Shown one piece after another: positions 36,934-47,058 of a stretch of DNA of 64,000 nt (position 1 is the first letter of the stretch; each line of letters starts with the position of its first letter). Location of the stretch: NCBI GenBank assembly GCA_037441705.1, contig JBBIRR010000002.1, positions 1-64,000 on the forward strand. The letters are read 5' to 3'. Made by a program: the position numbers and the translations under genes. A model generated the notes under the pieces. The model ran no database searches. It worked only from the letters and a program-made list of their open reading frames with translations, and was not told where the DNA came from. This DNA is from Ignavibacteriales bacterium. GTDB lineage: Bacteria > Bacteroidota > Ignavibacteria > UBA10030 > UBA6906.

Positions 36934-38727
36934 ATGACGACCGATCAAACGACAACCCCTGTGTGGCAACCGGCAGCCCCGGCCAAAGCACCGACGAACA
37001 AGAAGCGGCTGTTCATCATTGGCGGGATCGTGTTGGTGGTGGCGGCCGCGGCGATCTATTTTCTTACACGCACAAGCTTGCGCGGTTCCATCGTGATCCC
37101 GTACATCGCACATCAGAAGCCGACCATTGACCCGCATCTGCCGAGTTCCAATGCGCTGTCGGATAAACTCGAAGAGATCCAGTTCGATGGGCTGTTCAAC
37201 ATTGCTGCCAACCCGAGCGGGATTGTGTACGAAGACGGGCTGGGGGAGTTCCTCGGCATTGACCAAAACAACATCGTCTCCGTTCGACTGAAGACCAACA
37301 AGCGCTGGCACGACAGCTATACGGTGCAGATGGAAGATGATGAGGTGAAGTCCGTCGAGAAGACACGTGAGCATCTTTTCTCGGCGGCGGACCTGCGCTT
37401 TACCTTGCGGCGCATTCAGGCGCTCGGCAGTCTCTCGCCCGATTACATTCTTGTCTCGCAGGCGATTGACCCGCTCGACTTCGAAGGTCCCGACGCGAAC
37501 AACGTCATCCGCATGAAGTTCAAAGGAGACCGCATCTGGAAGGATACGGATATCAAGGAAGTGCTGTCGTTCAAGATTCTGCCGGACGGTTCGGACATGA
37601 ATGCGTTGAACTACACGGTCGGAACGGCTGAGTATTTCGCGCTGCCGCCGAAGGAAGGAGTCTCGAACTACCGCAAGAGTCCGGACGGCGTAGCAAACAT
37701 TGCCAACGTTCAGCTCGCTCCCTTCATTGATAACAGCACGTTCACGACGGAGCTGCGGAACAACCGCATCAACGTCCTGCTGGACACGCCGTTCGGTTCG
37801 CTCTCGCCCGTGCTCAACGACACGACGGAGTTCTTTACCAAATCCAATGTAAGCACGACATTCTTTGCGCTCGTGTTCAACACGCAGCGTTTGAATCGTG
37901 AACAGCGGCGCGAGCTGCGTAAAGCCATCGACGTGCGACGCATCGTCGAGCGTTTCTACAAGATCGGCTCCGAGCAGCAGCGCAACATCGTTGATTACAA
38001 AGGCAATCGAAACAATTACTACGACTACATCAACACGAGCGTCTTTCCGTCATCGTCGTATTACATTGAAGAGAAAGTCGTCGAACCGGCGGTGGATGAT
38101 ACGCCGCCGAACCTTGCCATACTGCCCGATACGGTGCGCATCAAAGCGTGCGTGAATTTCGGTTTCCGTGAAGAGTACACGGAGCTGATTGACATTCTCA
38201 ACTCACCCGACATCAGTGGGGCCCGCTTGAAGGTGACGGCGATTCAAAATGAGGAGATTCCCGCCGGCGAGTACGACGCCTTTCTCGTCGCGTTTCCCGG
38301 TTATCGCAGCAACTTCTTGTTCGATCTGTACAATGTATTTTTGCGTGAGCCGGATCTGCAGACGTATAAGATTCATCTCATCACCCAAACAGATGCTGCG
38401 GGAAGCATCACGGTCAGTCCGCGATCGTTTACGGCGGACAAGAATTTTTTCCGGCTCGATGCCGAGTTGAACGCGGCAGAACGGAACGATCTTCTCCAAT
38501 TCCTGAACTACCTGTACGGTTTCATGTCGACGCGGCAGATCGGCGACAAGCAGGAATATGCGCGCAGGATTGATATGCTGGAGAACCAGCTTGCGCTGGC
38601 GAAATGGATGTTCTCGCTGCCGTCGCTCGCCTACTTCACCACCCAGTTCGATCCGACGAGCATTGATCTGTACGGCGTCGCTTCCCAACTCTCGACGATC
38701 GAGAAGTGGAGAGAATCGGAGAAATAG
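36934..38727 (+). CDS. Divergent Opp/Dpp-type substrate-binding-like protein with N-terminal membrane anchor
   Basis: IDPH..QFDGLF, RWHD..FSAADLRFTL, LVFNT..RRELRKAID resemble family 5 SBPs. Confidence 0.6.
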   Translation: MTTDQTTTPVWQPAAPAKAPTNKKRLFIIGGIVLVVAAAAIYFLTRTSLRGSIVIPYIAHQKPTIDPHLPSSNALSDKLEEIQFDGLFNIAANPSGIVYEDGLGEFLGIDQNNIVSVRLKTNKRWHDSYTVQMEDDEVKSVEKTREHLFSAADLRFTLRRIQALGSLSPDYILVSQAIDPLDFEGPDANNVIRMKFKGDRIWKDTDIKEVLSFKILPDGSDMNALNYTVGTAEYFALPPKEGVSNYRKSPDGVANIANVQLAPFIDNSTFTTELRNNRINVLLDTPFGSLSPVLNDTTEFFTKSNVSTTFFALVFNTQRLNREQRRELRKAIDVRRIVERFYKIGSEQQRNIVDYKGNRNNYYDYINTSVFPSSSYYIEEKVVEPAVDDTPPNLAILPDTVRIKACVNFGFREEYTELIDILNSPDISGARLKVTAIQNEEIPAGEYDAFLVAFPGYRSNFLFDLYNVFLREPDLQTYKIHLITQTDAAGSITVSPRSFTADKNFFRLDAELNAAERNDLLQFLNYLYGFMSTRQIGDKQEYARRIDMLENQLALAKWMFSLPSLAYFTTQFDPTSIDLYGVASQLSTIEKWRESEK

Positions 38728-38735
38728 CGGATGCT

Positions 38736-39599
38736 GTGAGAGCCGCGCGCGCGTTCTTGTGCGCGGCGTTCGTGTTCCTGTCTCTTGCTGCCGGACGCCA
38801 CACCGCACAGGCGGAGGACTTCCTCATTGTCGAGCGTCCGCAGCGACTGCTCGTCTTCAACCGCTATCAGCAACAACTGAAGGACCGGGAACGCAAGGCG
38901 CTTCTTGCCTTCACCCCGTTTCGCATTCTTGCCGAGGACGATGTGTTAGGCGATGGCTTCACCCCGTGTATGAAAGTGGAGGCTAACGGCTCGCTGTATT
39001 ACTTGCTCAAGGACGACGGCGGAGAGCTGGTGGGCGTTCACGATGCGGGTGTCGTCAAGACCGTCCGGAACGCGACGCCGCTGCGCGATTCGATAGAGAT
39101 CGTGTCGGTGAAAGGCATCGTTCGGTGGGATGCGCGAGAACAGACGAAGCGCACGCTTCCTCGCGGCGCCATCCTTGTGCGTCAGTTTGCGGTGAACGGC
39201 ATGACGTACGTGCAGGTCCTGCTATCAAAGCAGTACGGTTGGGTCCGGCTGGACGCTTCGCAGGGGCAACGGCACTGGCGCGTTGTGCCGCGGGGAGTGT
39301 CGCGACCGGCGGAGGAACTCGCGCGTGTTCTGCCCGCAATCGTTCAACGGGTCGAGGAAGTCAATGCCAAGCTGCGTCGGCTGTTCGATCACCTCAACGC
39401 GAAAACCTCCCGTCATCTTCCTGCGCCGTCGTGGCACGTTCAGAGTTCGAACGAGAGCATCGAGTGTCGCCTTGAGACGTCGCTGCCTGCGGACCATTTT
39501 CGCGAGAGCAGCGCGCTGCTTGCCAAAAGAATCGAAAGCACGGTGTTGGGGACGACCCTGCGCGTGCATGCGGCGCCCGGCAGCATTCAGGTGCGCTGA
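38736..39599 (+). CDS. Hypothetical exported protein
   Basis: Signal-like N-terminus ending AQA; lies within the operon; start uncertain. Confidence 0.65.
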   Translation: MRAARAFLCAAFVFLSLAAGRHTAQAEDFLIVERPQRLLVFNRYQQQLKDRERKALLAFTPFRILAEDDVLGDGFTPCMKVEANGSLYYLLKDDGGELVGVHDAGVVKTVRNATPLRDSIEIVSVKGIVRWDAREQTKRTLPRGAILVRQFAVNGMTYVQVLLSKQYGWVRLDASQGQRHWRVVPRGVSRPAEELARVLPAIVQRVEEVNAKLRRLFDHLNAKTSRHLPAPSWHVQSSNESIECRLETSLPADHFRESSALLAKRIESTVLGTTLRVHAAPGSIQVR

Positions 39600-39611
39600 G
39601 AGTGTGCCGGT

Positions 39612-40727
39612 ATGAAACGCAAGGTGCTTGAACATCTCCTCAGCGTCATGCTTGTCGGCGCAGTGTTTGGCTTCATCATGCTCAGGTTGCATCAGCAGGA
39701 GGCGGATCAGGTTGCTGTGCCGGACCCGGCGGTGGCGGAGGCGCTGGGCCTTCGGTTCCTCGACTTCGGCGACCCTCTCGACCGTGCGCTTTACAAAGAA
39801 TCGCTTGATGCATTCATCCCCCAGCAGCGCGAACGTCATGAGGCTCTGCTCGAAGCAATCCTCGATGCGCGTCGGCAGCAATTCACCGATGAACTCTACA
39901 AGACGGGAGCGGAGCAGAGGGGCATCACGGGGGAAAAACTCCAGCGCGTGCTCGGGATGTATGTTCAATTTATCCTTGTGTACGTTGTGGTCATGGCGAT
40001 CAGCGTCTATGCCGCCGAAACATTCGGTACGCTGCGCTTTGTCCGAAGCAAACAGGGCACATCATCATCCCTCGCGCAGATGATGATCGTCCTAACGAAC
40101 GACACCATCCCTGCCCCGCAGCGGTATCTCCGTGCGCTTGGCCTTCTGATCGCCGCGTGTGCGAAAGGCGCGGGATTGATGATCCTCTTTGCGCCGGCGT
40201 ACGTCATCGCCTATTCATTCAAGACGCGGTTCGACACGGATTCCGTAGTCTTCATGATTGTGTTGGGAATTGTTTCGAACGGTGTGCTTGTACACTACGT
40301 GAACAAATTCTACACATTTCTCGTGGCAGAGAGTCGGAAGGGGTATGTGGAGACAGCGCTCGTCAAGAATCTGAACCATTCCTACTCGACCCACGATCCG
40401 GACGGGATTCATCGCGGAGATATCTTCCGGATTCGAAAAAGATTTCCGAAGCATGTCTTCCAGCATATCTACCTGAATGCCCACCATCAGTATCTGCCGG
40501 CGCTGAAAGAACACGCAGCGTTCGTCATCTCCGGTCTTGTGATCATTGAGATGGCGTTGAACATTCAGGGACACCTGAACTACGAAATGCTGAAGTACAT
40601 CCTGTACAAGCAATACGATATGGTGCTTGTGATTGTTTTTGCCATCTACCTGTTAGTGAAAGGTACGGAAGTACTTGTTGATGTTATCGTGGAACGGGAG
40701 GCGCGGCGGCTTGAGAATAGAACGTAA
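39612..40727 (+). CDS. Divergent ABC permease (OppB-like)
   Basis: TM segments; GYVETALVKNL resembles the OppB YVRTARAKGL loop; GLVIIE. Confidence 0.65.
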   Translation: MKRKVLEHLLSVMLVGAVFGFIMLRLHQQEADQVAVPDPAVAEALGLRFLDFGDPLDRALYKESLDAFIPQQRERHEALLEAILDARRQQFTDELYKTGAEQRGITGEKLQRVLGMYVQFILVYVVVMAISVYAAETFGTLRFVRSKQGTSSSLAQMMIVLTNDTIPAPQRYLRALGLLIAACAKGAGLMILFAPAYVIAYSFKTRFDTDSVVFMIVLGIVSNGVLVHYVNKFYTFLVAESRKGYVETALVKNLNHSYSTHDPDGIHRGDIFRIRKRFPKHVFQHIYLNAHHQYLPALKEHAAFVISGLVIIEMALNIQGHLNYEMLKYILYKQYDMVLVIVFAIYLLVKGTEVLVDVIVEREARRLENRT

Positions 40728-40731
40728 GCAC

Positions 40732-41613
40732 ATGCATCGTGAACGCGCGCGGGGTGGATTGCATAGCCTTCTTCAGTACAAGGACACGTTGTGGCTGGCG
40801 ATCTGGCTTGCCGGTCTTGCTGCATTGGGCGTGTGGGACGTGCTCTTCCTGAATCGGCCGGCGCTGACGCGTCTCGCTGCGGCCTCGGTCAACACCGCCC
40901 TGGTGGCGAGCGGGGTTGTTGTTTGTGCATCGTTGATGGGATGGGTGAGTGCCCTGGCCCTCCACTTTTTCGACCACGGGCGTCACGGATGGGCCTATCT
41001 TCTCACAACGTTTCTGCTCAATCTCATCCGCTCGGTTCCGCAGATTGTCGGCATTCTGCTGGGGTACGTTATTCTGACGCTGCTGATTCGCGGCGACGTG
41101 CTGCGCCAACAGGCGAGTCAGCTCGTCGTCATGGCGCTTATCATCAGCGTGTTTGTGTTTCTCGAGGTGACGGATCTGATCCGTGAACGCATTCGTCACT
41201 ATCGCAAGCTGGATTTCTTCGACGCGATGCTCTGCAGCGGCGTGCGGGAGGCCCGGATCATCAACCTCGAAATCCTGTGGAAAAACAGTCGCGCGCATCT
41301 GCTGCATAAAGCCATTCACATCTTCGGCGCGACGGTGTTCCTGCTGTGCAGCGTGGACTTTATCATCTCCGTCGGGCTTTCAACGGATGTCAGTCTCAGC
41401 AACTTCCCGCCGACGCTCGGAGGACTTCTGGCAACGATGGACAGCAAGCAGGACATTCTCGCCATCAGCACGGTATTGACGGACCCGCTCGCCCTGCCTG
41501 ACCTGTTCTTCGAACATCTGCAGGGCATCAGCACGGCGTTCACGATCGTGTTCACGCTTCTCTGCATGTACCGTATCTCATCGCACTTCGTGGCGCGGAG
41601 AAGGTTGGAATGA
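40732..41613 (+). CDS. Divergent ABC permease (OppC-like)
   Basis: TM segments; FFDAMLCSGVREARII EAA-like loop; PPTLGGLL. Confidence 0.65.
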   Translation: MHRERARGGLHSLLQYKDTLWLAIWLAGLAALGVWDVLFLNRPALTRLAAASVNTALVASGVVVCASLMGWVSALALHFFDHGRHGWAYLLTTFLLNLIRSVPQIVGILLGYVILTLLIRGDVLRQQASQLVVMALIISVFVFLEVTDLIRERIRHYRKLDFFDAMLCSGVREARIINLEILWKNSRAHLLHKAIHIFGATVFLLCSVDFIISVGLSTDVSLSNFPPTLGGLLATMDSKQDILAISTVLTDPLALPDLFFEHLQGISTAFTIVFTLLCMYRISSHFVARRRLE

Positions 41614-43127
41614 GCGGACGGCACAGCATCCGTATTGCAACGGCGGATCGGACACTGGTTGCGGTTGACGACTTCGACATTGCTCCGAACACCATCACCA
41701 TTCTGCTGGGCGAATCCGGGATCGGGAAGACGCTCATCGCGAAGGCGTTGTACGGACTTCTTGATCCCGATGATCTTACCGTCATGATAGACGGCATGCC
41801 GTACGTACATTATCTGCAGCGGCCTGAGACTCAGGCTTTGCAGGCGGAGAGCTTTTTCGTCTTTCAGGAGCCGTCAACGCATCTGAATCCGATGATGACG
41901 CTGCGAGAGCAGCTCAACGAAGGGAGCCTTGCCTCGGCAGAACAGCAGGAGGAGATTCTGCGGCGATTGTGGAGTGCTTCGGCTGAACGCGATGCGTCGT
42001 CGCTCCTTCCCGTCTATCCCAAACCGCATCGTCCCAGCGGCGGCGAGAAGCAAAGGATGTTGTTGGCGATGGCATTCAAGAAAATGGATCTTGTGCTCAC
42101 GGGCAAACGCTTCACTCATCCGCTGTTTGTGTTTGATGAACCCTCCGGCAGTCTCGACAACCGCTACCGTGACATCTTTCTCGAAATGTTGTTCGAGCGG
42201 TTTCGCAAGCTGCCGTTCACCGTTCTTCTCATCACACACGACTATTCGATGATCGGAACGATTCACGAGCGATTCGCCGACGTGCTGCCAGGGATAGCAT
42301 TCAAAGAATTGGCAAGCAGCCGGGATGGCGTACGCCTCCGTGACTTTGAGCCGAAGGAGTATCTTCACTGGCTCAGCGGATTGCGTCCTGCCGCTGCTGC
42401 CGTTGGAGAGCCCGTCCTGACGATTGAGAGTGAGAGCGAAGTTCATGGGCGTACGCTGACAATCACGCGCGACCAGGAGACACCGTGCCCGCTGACATTA
42501 AGTCGCGGTGCGTTGGTGTACCTGAAAGCGCCCAGTGGAGTGGGAAAGACAACGCTTGTGAAGGCGGTGATGGGACTTGTCCGTGCGCAGCGCCTGTCAT
42601 GCTCATTGAACGGCATGGTGCTGACCGAGCGTACACCGGTGCGTGTGTGGCGCCGCCACATCTGGGGAAAGAAGATGACACTCGTCTTTCAGCATGCCGA
42701 CGAAGCGTTGAATCTTGAGTCGAATGTGCGATCGGTTTTTGCAGGGCTTCCTTCCCTCAAGGGCGCGTCGCCCGCGGCGGTTGGTGACATCCTCAGAGGG
42801 TTGTTTGATGCGGAGGACATTTCTGCTCTCGTCACAAAGAAAGTGAAACACCTCAGCGGCGGACAGAAACAACGGCTGAACCTCCTGCGCGGCTTGTCGC
42901 TGAATACCGACGTGCTTATTCTCGATGAGCCGCTCAACGGGCTTGACTTCGAAAGCGCAGGCAGGGTAATCGCCAAACTCCAACAGCAACAGCAGGCGGG
43001 CAAGGCAATTCTTCTCGTCTCTCATAACGAAGAGATTTTCGATCGGCTTGTACCCACTGAACAGGTGTACTATCTGCACGCACGAGAATCCGCTAACCTA
43101 CGGTACCAACGAGACTTAGAAGACTGA
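41610..43127 (+). CDS. ABC ATPase with two nucleotide-binding domains (OppD/F fusion-like)
   Basis: GESGIGKT, PSGGEKQR, FDEPSGSLD, ITHD; second domain APSGVGKT, LSGGQKQR, LDEPLNGLD, VSHN. Confidence 0.9.
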   Translation: MSGRHSIRIATADRTLVAVDDFDIAPNTITILLGESGIGKTLIAKALYGLLDPDDLTVMIDGMPYVHYLQRPETQALQAESFFVFQEPSTHLNPMMTLREQLNEGSLASAEQQEEILRRLWSASAERDASSLLPVYPKPHRPSGGEKQRMLLAMAFKKMDLVLTGKRFTHPLFVFDEPSGSLDNRYRDIFLEMLFERFRKLPFTVLLITHDYSMIGTIHERFADVLPGIAFKELASSRDGVRLRDFEPKEYLHWLSGLRPAAAAVGEPVLTIESESEVHGRTLTITRDQETPCPLTLSRGALVYLKAPSGVGKTTLVKAVMGLVRAQRLSCSLNGMVLTERTPVRVWRRHIWGKKMTLVFQHADEALNLESNVRSVFAGLPSLKGASPAAVGDILRGLFDAEDISALVTKKVKHLSGGQKQRLNLLRGLSLNTDVLILDEPLNGLDFESAGRVIAKLQQQQQAGKAILLVSHNEEIFDRLVPTEQVYYLHARESANLRYQRDLED

Positions 43128-43170
43128 GGGAAGCAAAACCCCGCCCACCCGGTCCCTTTTCGGCAATAAA

Positions 43171-43233
43171 TCAGATAAAAAAGTCCTTGACATTCCTCGT
43201 CGGCCGTCGTATATTTAAGACGAAATAGTCTGA
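43171..43233 (+). promoter_or_regulatory. Sigma70 promoter of the Rrf2-nos cluster flanked by two candidate Rrf2 operators
   Basis: TTGACA(43187)-N17-TATATT(43210); TCAGAT-N6-GTCCTT (43171-43188) and TAAGAC-N6-GTCTGA (43216-43233). Confidence 0.7.
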
Positions 43234-43238
43234 TTACG

Positions 43239-43721
43239 ATGAGCCTGATTTTCAGTCGCGAGTGCGAGTATGCAATCCAGAGTGTGTTGTATCTCGCGCT
43301 TAAGCGTCGGGATGAGCGGACTTCGATCCGCGAGCTGGCAGGACGCTTGAGCATCCCGTACCACTTTCTCGGGAAGATCCTGCAGCGCCTGACGCGCAAA
43401 GGTCTCCTGGTGTCGTACAAAGGGCCGTTGGGAGGATTTGCTTTGAGCATGCCCCCTGAGGAGATCACGCTCTTTCATATCGTCGAGGCTATTGACGGAA
43501 CGGCGTTCACCAGAATGTGTGTGCTCGGGTTCTCGGAGTGTACGCCGGAACGGCCCTGCTCTGTTCACGAGCACTGGTCGACGTTGCGGGACAACATCTA
43601 TCATATGCTGATCAGAAAGAACATTGCAGACATGGGTCGCGATATGAGAAAGCCCGAGTACCAGCGACTGCCGGCGGTCAAAGCAATTCTTTCCCATCCA
43701 TCACCAACACGAACCACTTGA
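43239..43721 (+). CDS. Rrf2-family Fe-S transcriptional regulator
   Basis: CEYAI, FLGKILQRL, SYKGPLGGFAL, ITLFHIVEAIDG, C-x6-C-x5-C-x2-H. Confidence 0.92.
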   Translation: MSLIFSRECEYAIQSVLYLALKRRDERTSIRELAGRLSIPYHFLGKILQRLTRKGLLVSYKGPLGGFALSMPPEEITLFHIVEAIDGTAFTRMCVLGFSECTPERPCSVHEHWSTLRDNIYHMLIRKNIADMGRDMRKPEYQRLPAVKAILSHPSPTRTT

Positions 43722-43747
43722 ATGTCTTACTACATGGAGATGCACGA

Positions 43748-44326
43748 ATGAAACCAACCGAAGAACTGATCCGTGAACATGACGCCATCCAAACGATGCT
43801 GCGCATTCTGGAGAGCGCGAGCACACGTCTGCTTGCCGGTGAAACGGTAAGCGCCGACGACCTCGGCAACATGATCGAGTTCCTTCGCGTGTTTGCCGAC
43901 CGATGCCATCATGCGAAAGAAGAGACGGTACTCTTTCCTGCCATGGAGGCGGTGGGGATACCGCGCGAACGAGGACCCATTGGGGTGATGTTGTCCGAAC
44001 ATGACGCGGGCCGCAAGCATATTCGCGGGATGGCGGACGCGCTCGACAGCTATAGAAAGGGTGTCGATGGCGCCGCGCGTGAGTTTGTAACGCATGCACG
44101 TCTCTACAGCAATCTTCTCTTCCAGCACATTCAGAAAGAAAATCAGATTCTCTTTCCGATGGCCGATGCGCACATAGCGGAGACGGAACAGGAGCGCATA
44201 GCCCGGGAATTTGCGCGGCTGGAAGCTGAGCAGATCGGCGAAGGAACGCATGAACGCTTTCATGCGCTTCTCGGAGAATTGAAGCAAGCATACCTCTCGA
44301 CTGAACTATCACCCGCGAAGGCGTAG
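43748..44326 (+). CDS. Hemerythrin-like (HHE) domain protein
   Basis: LIREHD, DRCHHAKEE.VLFP, GPIGVMLSEHDAGR, HIQKENQILFPMA. Confidence 0.9.
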   Translation: MKPTEELIREHDAIQTMLRILESASTRLLAGETVSADDLGNMIEFLRVFADRCHHAKEETVLFPAMEAVGIPRERGPIGVMLSEHDAGRKHIRGMADALDSYRKGVDGAAREFVTHARLYSNLLFQHIQKENQILFPMADAHIAETEQERIAREFARLEAEQIGEGTHERFHALLGELKQAYLSTELSPAKA

Positions 44327-44328
44327 CC

Positions 44329-45114
44329 GTGCACGCTGTCGCTGACTTCTACGATGCACTTGCATCCGACTATGATCTGATGACGGGCTTCGAGCAGCGC
44401 GTGGTTACTGATCGGCCGTTCTTCCGGTTGCTTGTGGAACGTTACGGCATCAAGCGCGCGGTGGATGCCGGCTGCGGTACGGGGTTTCACAGTTTTTTGC
44501 TCACCCAGCTCGGCGTGGATGTTACGGCGGTGGATGTCTCCGAAGCAATGCTTCGGAAACTCTCTGAACGGGCTGCCGCGCTGAACGTGCAAGTTCATAT
44601 CGTACGAACGGATTTCCGATCGCTTGCTTCTGCACTTCAGCAAAAGTACGATGCAGTCTTCTGTCTCGGGAACACGTTGGCTCACCTCCAATCAGAGGAA
44701 GAACTGCGCGCAGCGTTGACAAATTTCTCCTCTGTAATTGTCCCGGGTGGCTGTTTGTTTCTGCAAGTCGTGAATTTTGAACGCATTCTCGCATCGCGGC
44801 AGCGCATCCAAAGCGTACGGGAGCGCGACGACAAAGTGTTTGTCCGCTTCTATGATTTTGAGCCGACCAAGATTCGCTTCAACATCTTGACCCTGGAACG
44901 GCATGAAGGCTCGCTCAGTCACCGCTTGCAATCCGTTTGCCTCCGTCCCATCCGTTCGAGCGAGCTTGTTGATGTAGTCCAGCGCTGTGGCTTCGAACAG
45001 CCGGCGGTGTTCGGCGGGATCTCGCTGGAGGAGTTTCTTCCCGAGCGTTCTCCCGACATCGTGCTGGTTGCCCGAAAGATGGGGAAAGGTTCCGACACTT
45101 CCACAACAGTGTGA
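44329..45114 (+). CDS. Class I SAM-dependent methyltransferase
   Basis: VDAGCGTG, VDVSEAML, YDAVFCLGNTLAHL. Confidence 0.88.
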   Translation: MHAVADFYDALASDYDLMTGFEQRVVTDRPFFRLLVERYGIKRAVDAGCGTGFHSFLLTQLGVDVTAVDVSEAMLRKLSERAAALNVQVHIVRTDFRSLASALQQKYDAVFCLGNTLAHLQSEEELRAALTNFSSVIVPGGCLFLQVVNFERILASRQRIQSVRERDDKVFVRFYDFEPTKIRFNILTLERHEGSLSHRLQSVCLRPIRSSELVDVVQRCGFEQPAVFGGISLEEFLPERSPDIVLVARKMGKGSDTSTTV

Positions 45115-45119
45115 GGATC

Positions 45120-47021
45120 ATGGCACAGTATTACAAGCCGGTTATTCCCGACATCGAATTCTGGAAGAATCTCGTCCCGTGCCAGATCGGATGCCCGATC
45201 CACACCGATGCGGGGCGATACGTCCAGCTCATTGCCGAGCAGAAGTACAAAGAGGCATACCTCACTGCGCGTTCACCCAATCCCTTTGCAAGTGTCTGCG
45301 GGCGTGTGTGTGCTGCGCCGTGTGAAGATTGGTGCCGCCGGGGGAAGATTGATACGCCGGTCAGCATTCGCGCGCTGAAGCGCTTCGTCACGGAAAAATA
45401 CGGCGTCGAGTCCGTTGTGCCCGATACCCAGGACGAGTTGTTCGAGGGCGGAAACGATCCCGGCAACAAGTGGCTCTGGCACCTGCCTGCACAAGTCGAA
45501 GCGCGCAAGAACGTCGTCAAGAACAAGAAAGTTGCCGTCATCGGGTCGGGGCCTGCGGGCCTTTCGTGCGCGCATGATCTTGCGCTGATGGGCTATCAGG
45601 TGACGGTGTTCGAGGCGACGAACGTTGCCGGCGGTATGCTGCGTCACGGGATTCCCGAGTACCGTCTCTCCCGCAGCCTGATCGATAAGGAAATTGAGAA
45701 GATCAAGTTTTTGGGCGTCGACATCCGGTACAACACGCCGCTGACGCAGTCGTTCGGTCTGAAGGAATTGAAGCGCGAGGGTTTTGAGGCGGTGTTTCTT
45801 TCCGTCGGAACACAAAAGGGCCGCGACCTCAACATCGAGGGAAACTCTCTCGATGGCATCATCAAAGCCATTGATTATCTCCTCAACGTCAACAACGGCT
45901 ATCGCGTCAATCTTGGTAAGAAGGTGTTGGTGATCGGCGGCGGTTTCGTTGCCTTCGATGCCGCCCGTATGGCATTACGCGGCGCGCCGGACGGAGAAGG
46001 CGGGGATATTCACGCGGCGGTGGACGCTGCCCGAACGGCCATTCGAGCAGGCGCGCAGGAAGTGCATATCGCCAGCCTCGAATCGTTCGCCGAAATGCCC
46101 GTGTTACGGACCGCGCAGGGACATGAAGAGTTCGAGGAAGCAAAGCGTGAAGGGATTATCTTCCATCCGCAGCGTGGCCCCCGCCGATTCATCGGCGAGC
46201 AGGGAAGGGTGAAGGCGGTGGAGTTCATCGGCGTGAAGCGGACCTACGATGACGCCGGTCGGTTCAATCCAGAATATGATCCAAGTTACTCCGAGACGTT
46301 CGAGACGGATTCGGTGATTCTCGCGATCGGGCAACAAACGGATCTGTCGTTTCTCAGGCCCGAAGACAACATCGAACTCACGCCCGGCAAGCTCATCAAG
46401 ATTGATCCCGAAACCCTTGCCACGACGGCGCCGGGCGTGTTCGCCGGCGGCGACGTTGCGTTTGGACCGCGCAATATCATCGACGCTGTAGCAAACGGCA
46501 AACGAGCGGCCCTCTCCATTGATGAGTACCTTCGAGGCATCAAGCCGGAGACGTTCTACAATCTCTTGATCGAGAAAATTCCGACACGCCGTTTCACCCG
46601 ACCAGAAGACTACGAGCAGCATGCAAGAGAGGCGCCACCCTCCATTGACCTGAACCGCCGCACAGGAATCTCCGAAGTCGAAATCGGCTACACAGATCAG
46701 CAGGCACGCACGCAGGCCGAACGGTGCCTCGCCTGCCACATTCAAACGATCTACGACGCGGACAAATGTGTGATGTGCAACCGCTGCGTGGACATCTGCC
46801 CGGAGTACTGCCTGAAGCTGGTTCCGCTTGCCGAGCTGGAGCTTGACGAGCAAACGAAGACACAACTCCTGAACCACTACAACCTCGATCCGTTCCAGCA
46901 TGCTTCGGCGATGCTCAAGGACGACGAAACGTGCATTCGGTGTGGCCTCTGTGCACTGCGTTGCCCGACCGACGCGATGACAATGGAAGTCTTTTATTAC
47001 GAACAGAAAGAAGTAGCGTGA
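45120..47021 (+). CDS. FAD/NAD(P)H oxidoreductase, GltD/NfnB/DsrL-like, with C-terminal 2x[4Fe-4S] domain
   Basis: PCQIGCP, CGRVCAAPCEDWC, VIGSGPAGL, GIPEYRL, VIGGGFVAFDAAR, FAGGD, CVMCNRCVDICP, CIRCGLCALRCP. Confidence 0.9.
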   Translation: MAQYYKPVIPDIEFWKNLVPCQIGCPIHTDAGRYVQLIAEQKYKEAYLTARSPNPFASVCGRVCAAPCEDWCRRGKIDTPVSIRALKRFVTEKYGVESVVPDTQDELFEGGNDPGNKWLWHLPAQVEARKNVVKNKKVAVIGSGPAGLSCAHDLALMGYQVTVFEATNVAGGMLRHGIPEYRLSRSLIDKEIEKIKFLGVDIRYNTPLTQSFGLKELKREGFEAVFLSVGTQKGRDLNIEGNSLDGIIKAIDYLLNVNNGYRVNLGKKVLVIGGGFVAFDAARMALRGAPDGEGGDIHAAVDAARTAIRAGAQEVHIASLESFAEMPVLRTAQGHEEFEEAKREGIIFHPQRGPRRFIGEQGRVKAVEFIGVKRTYDDAGRFNPEYDPSYSETFETDSVILAIGQQTDLSFLRPEDNIELTPGKLIKIDPETLATTAPGVFAGGDVAFGPRNIIDAVANGKRAALSIDEYLRGIKPETFYNLLIEKIPTRRFTRPEDYEQHAREAPPSIDLNRRTGISEVEIGYTDQQARTQAERCLACHIQTIYDADKCVMCNRCVDICPEYCLKLVPLAELELDEQTKTQLLNHYNLDPFQHASAMLKDDETCIRCGLCALRCPTDAMTMEVFYYEQKEVA

Positions 47022-47058
47022 TGGTATCTCATGGAAACAGAACACACGGAGTCTGTTT

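Noticed and set aside
45120-47021. Glutamate synthase small subunit gltD
   Set aside because: No gltB adjacent; it has an extra C-terminal ferredoxin domain and Rieske/cytochrome b context
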